The position numbers and the translations under genes are program-made. Source: Candidatus Dojkabacteria bacterium (GTDB lineage: Bacteria; Patescibacteriota; Dojkabacteria; J137). From it: 64,000 nucleotides of DNA. The notes beneath the pieces were generated by a model. That model did not search any database and was not told the origin of the DNA. It was given only the letters and a program-made list of their open reading frames with translations. Below are positions 60,897 through 64,000 of this stretch, piece after piece. Within the stretch, counting starts at the first letter, position 1; each line of letters begins with the position of its first letter. The stretch spans positions 357,645 through 421,644 of the forward strand of contig AP024679.1 of the NCBI GenBank assembly GCA_025999215.1. Reading direction: 5' to 3'.

Positions 60897-61214
60897 TTAG
60901 TATTGCTTTTCCCTTGCTAGCGCTACTACTAAGTTCATTCCTTGGAAGTCTGAACCATTTGTATCTTCAATGAATTTATCATTACTTTCAAAATTTTCGT
61001 TAATAACAATCTCAACAAATCCAAAACCTTTTGATCTGGGTGGTCTATCCTGATCTCCAAATTTATTTCTTTCTTTGATTATGTTAACTTTTTCTACAGT
61101 GTAGCCAAAGCTTTCAAAGTGTTCCCTGAGTTCTGCTTCAGAGGCGCTAAATTTAATTTTTGCAACAAAGAATTTAACTGTGTCTGTTGCGACTAAAACG
61201 GTATCTGTACTCAT
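60897..61214 (-). CDS. RRM RNA-binding protein (start at ATG 61214)
   Basis: RNP2-like KFFVAKI, RNP1 RSKGFGFVE, LVVALAR. Confidence 0.9.
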   Translation of the reverse strand: MSTDTVLVATDTVKFFVAKIKFSASEAELREHFESFGYTVEKVNIIKERNKFGDQDRPPRSKGFGFVEIVINENFESNDKFIEDTNGSDFQGMNLVVALAREKQY

Positions 61215-61332
61215 ATGTACAAAATAAAAAATAAAATTCATTTACTGGTAAACCAATAAATACTAATTTACAAATGAAGGCTCATGAACTGGAAGTAATT
61301 CACAGGAAGAGATAATTCACTTGAACACATTA

Positions 61333-61361
61333 ATTCTATCAAATTAAATCTCTAGTGTCAA
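61333..61361 (-). promoter_or_regulatory. Near-consensus sigma70 promoter for the RRM gene, giving a 5' UTR of about 110 nt
   Basis: TTGACA (61361-61356)-17 nt-TAGAAT (61338-61333) with extended -10 TG. Confidence 0.75.
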
Positions 61362-61365
61362 ACTT

Positions 61366-63186
61366 TTATTTTGTTTTGTAACCTTTGGCTTGAAGTTTGA
61401 AAAAACGCGCATATGTTCCATTTTTTTTCATTAGCTGATCGTGACTTCCTTCTTCTATAATTTTACCTTCATCTATTACAATTATTCTATCGGCATTTTT
61501 AACTGTAGAAAATCGGTGAGATATTATTATTACCGTTTTGTTTTTGATAAATTGATAAATGTTATTAAATATTTGATACTCTGCTTCGGCATCAATTGAT
61601 GCTGTAGGTTCATCAAGTATCAAAAGATAAGGATCTCTAAAGAAAAATCTAGCTAGGGCAATTTTTTGCCATTGACCAGTGGAAGGTCTTATTCCTCCTG
61701 TATATCTTTCGCTAAGCGTTTGGTCAAATTTTTTTGGATACTTTGCAATAAATTCGTATGCATCTGCATCTTTGCTTGCTTTAATTACTTTATTTTTGAC
61801 TTCTTCATCATTCTCGTTGCCTTCAGGTTTTCCGATAAAAATATTTTCAAAAGCTGTTAGATCGGGATAGGTGTTGTAATCTTGAAATAAACCTCCTATT
61901 TTTTTGTACCAGCTTTCAATTTTCAAATCATTTATGTTTATCCCATCAATTAAAATTTCACCACTTGTAACTTGGTAAAATCTAGTGATTAGCTTCATCA
62001 AGGTGGTTTTTCCTGCCCCATTTTTTCCAACGATAGCTAATTTTTCGCCGGGATTTATTGTTAGATTAAAGTTTTCATATACATACTTATCTGAGCCTGG
62101 ATATTTAAAACTTACATTTTTGAACTCAATTTTTGGAGCATGGTTACCTTTGAGTGTGATTGTTCCATCTTTTTGTATTGGCTCTCTATTCAAAAAGCTC
62201 TTTATTTCCTCAATTCTAACGTATCCTTCATTAATATTTGATAAGGCAAAAACTATTTGATTAATAGTACCACCAAACCGAGTCAGTAAAGAAAAATAAA
62301 ATGTAACTAGTCCTATAGTGATGGTTTGTTCGAGTGCTTGGTTGACAATTATCAAAAGCCCTATACCAACTAGCACTCTATCAACTGTCGCTACGAAAGC
62401 AGTAGATAAAAACCACTTAAATCTTATTTTTCCTATTTGATGCAAGTATGAATTATAGAAATTTACAAAAATTTGTTTTAAAAAATTAAATGAATTTGTG
62501 ATGTAAATTTCTTTGAGTGTTACAGGGTTAGCAATATTATTAAAAGATCCCCAAGCTTTTCTTTCATCACTTGTTACTTCTTTGTCTAACTTCCAAATTT
62601 GTTGTATATGTTTTTTGTGAATATAAAATTTTGGAAGCATCATTAATATACTTAGTACAATAAACCATGGGATAATGTTAATTAGTGATGGAATAATTAA
62701 AGTTAAGTATACTAGGGCATTCAGGATGTATGTGATGTTCCAAACAAAAGAATTAAAAACACTATAATTATCTTTAAACCTTTGAACTTCATCAGCAATT
62801 TGAGGGTTTTCAAGCGCCTCTACTCCCAAAGATATTAATTTTTTGTATAATAAAATACTTGCAGCATATTGAATTTTGATTTTTAAATGATTAGAAATTA
62901 AAGACTCTGCCCAACTTAGAAGAGAAGATAATAAATTAAATACAACAATTATTCCGAGTAACATAAAAATATTGTTGGTGTCTTGAGTAGTTCCGTTAGT
63001 ATACTGAACTAATCTATCAATAATTTGGGCGATTAAAAAAACATTTATCCATTCTGCACTTCCTAATACGATAGATATTAAAAATTTTAAAGATACTAAA
63101 AGAGGAGACATGGAAAGTACGACTTTTGTACTCCAAAAAAGTGTGGCTAGGAAGTGTGTGATGTTTTTTAAGAAATTTTTTATCAT
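61366..63186 (-). CDS. Fused ABC exporter (TMD plus NBD)
   Basis: About 6 TM segments, GKNGAGKTT, variant signature PSTGQWQK, LILDEPT, ISHRFS; ATG at 63186. Confidence 0.92.
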   Translation of the reverse strand: MIKNFLKNITHFLATLFWSTKVVLSMSPLLVSLKFLISIVLGSAEWINVFLIAQIIDRLVQYTNGTTQDTNNIFMLLGIIVVFNLLSSLLSWAESLISNHLKIKIQYAASILLYKKLISLGVEALENPQIADEVQRFKDNYSVFNSFVWNITYILNALVYLTLIIPSLINIIPWFIVLSILMMLPKFYIHKKHIQQIWKLDKEVTSDERKAWGSFNNIANPVTLKEIYITNSFNFLKQIFVNFYNSYLHQIGKIRFKWFLSTAFVATVDRVLVGIGLLIIVNQALEQTITIGLVTFYFSLLTRFGGTINQIVFALSNINEGYVRIEEIKSFLNREPIQKDGTITLKGNHAPKIEFKNVSFKYPGSDKYVYENFNLTINPGEKLAIVGKNGAGKTTLMKLITRFYQVTSGEILIDGININDLKIESWYKKIGGLFQDYNTYPDLTAFENIFIGKPEGNENDEEVKNKVIKASKDADAYEFIAKYPKKFDQTLSERYTGGIRPSTGQWQKIALARFFFRDPYLLILDEPTASIDAEAEYQIFNNIYQFIKNKTVIIISHRFSTVKNADRIIVIDEGKIIEEGSHDQLMKKNGTYARFFKLQAKGYKTK

Positions 63187-63320
63187 AGTGAGAAACTCCG
63201 TTAATTTTAACATGTAAGAACACTATTAGCAAAATAATGAATGAATTTAGTAATTAGATTGATTAAAAAATGTAAATTATTACATTTGAAATTAAAATAT
63301 AGTATAATTAAAAACAACTT

Positions 63321-63410
63321 GGAGAGATGGCAGAGTGGTCGAATGCGGCGGTCTTGAAAACCGTTAGGCGCGCAAGCGTCTCCTGGGTTCGAATCCCAGT
63401 CTCTCCGCCA
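63321..63410 (+). tRNA. tRNA-Ser (TGA), CCA encoded
   Basis: GGAGAGA/TCTCTCC-G-CCA, anticodon arm GCGGT-CTTGAAA-ACCGT, long V-arm. Confidence 0.96.
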
Positions 63411-63470
63411 GATAGACTATAAAATATTAAAGATAAGAAGGTTAAGGTATTTTATATCTTGAGAATAATT

Positions 63471-64000
63471 ATGAATAACCCTGAAATAACATTTAATCCC
63501 AGCAGTTCTAGTGATGAAGCTTGGCAAAGTGATTTGTTAAATAGGGTAAGGAAAATGAATTTAGTAGAGCAAGAGGAGCTTCGAAAATTAGGTTTCGAAG
63601 TTGATAAAGAAGGAAATTTAATTGTTCCACTACCTCGAAAAAGAAATGTATTGGATAAATTAAAAGAGATTGCTTATAGTAGGATAAAATCTATAGGAGA
63701 AAATTTTTTTCCAGAAGAAGTTGATCAGGGTAGGCGAACTGTTTTAAAAGTGATGGCTGCTACTACTGCTGCTGTTATTTTACCTGTTGAAGCTAATGAT
63801 TCAACTGAATTACCTGATTCACCTGAAACACCTCGATCAGTTCGCGATAATGTTGAAAATCAAGAAGAAATTATAATTAAATCGGCTTTTGAACGAATGG
63901 AATCAGGAGAAGATTTAGCCACTATTGTGTTGGCTGATGAAATAGCTTTATATCCAAATGCTCCAAATCCAGCTAATAGAGATAATGTTACTGTTCCCGA
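63471..64000 (+). CDS. Hypothetical protein, runs off the right edge, with an internal twin-arginine-like segment
   Basis: Manual translation MNNPEITF...DQGRRTVLKVMAATTAAVILPVEANDSTE...; open to position 64000. Confidence 0.65.
   Translation, partial: MNNPEITFNPSSSSDEAWQSDLLNRVRKMNLVEQEELRKLGFEVDKEGNLIVPLPRKRNVLDKLKEIAYSRIKSIGENFFPEEVDQGRRTVLKVMAATTAAVILPVEANDSTELPDSPETPRSVRDNVENQEEIIIKSAFERMESGEDLATIVLADEIALYPNAPNPANRDNVTVP

Overview
An AT-rich (roughly 28-30% GC by eye) bacterial chromosome segment using genetic code 11. Its reduced operons, Shine-Dalgarno-poor starts and secretin-less type IV pilus point to a Patescibacteria/CPR genome; a WS6/Dojkabacteria- or Microgenomates-like placement is inference only. 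From left to right it holds: a cluster of four ATP-grasp ligases with a 7TM partner and a fused aspartic protease; rpmG-tRNA-Trp-secE-nusG-rplKAJL with an L10 leader; comEA, a split comEC and dprA; three more tRNAs including a tRNA-Tyr with an archaeal-type C1-G72 pair; topA, rpsB-tsf-frr-rseP, dnaX-recR, rpsF-ssb-rpsR, prfA, dnaB and tRNA-Leu; an indel-ridden LCP-yebC-ruvCAB block; gyrBA; a complete pilB/T/C-pilin-pilD-pilMNO locus; rpsP-rnc-nusB-rpmF, recG, an RRM protein, an ABC exporter and tRNA-Ser. Two signals are not explained by the gene list. First, the octamer TGTCCGAA/TTCGGACA occurs 14 times by my manual scan, always in tight pairs or triplets, at 7 loci about 3 kb (or about 6 kb) apart between 33.7 and 57.5 kb. 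It sits in several reading frames and intergenically, and I found none in the first 33.6 kb. Second, a 680-bp AT-rich gap at 37.05-37.73 kb carries a 28-bp dif-like site only 14 bp from a perfect DnaA box. Together these suggest an undescribed chromosome organisation or segregation element.
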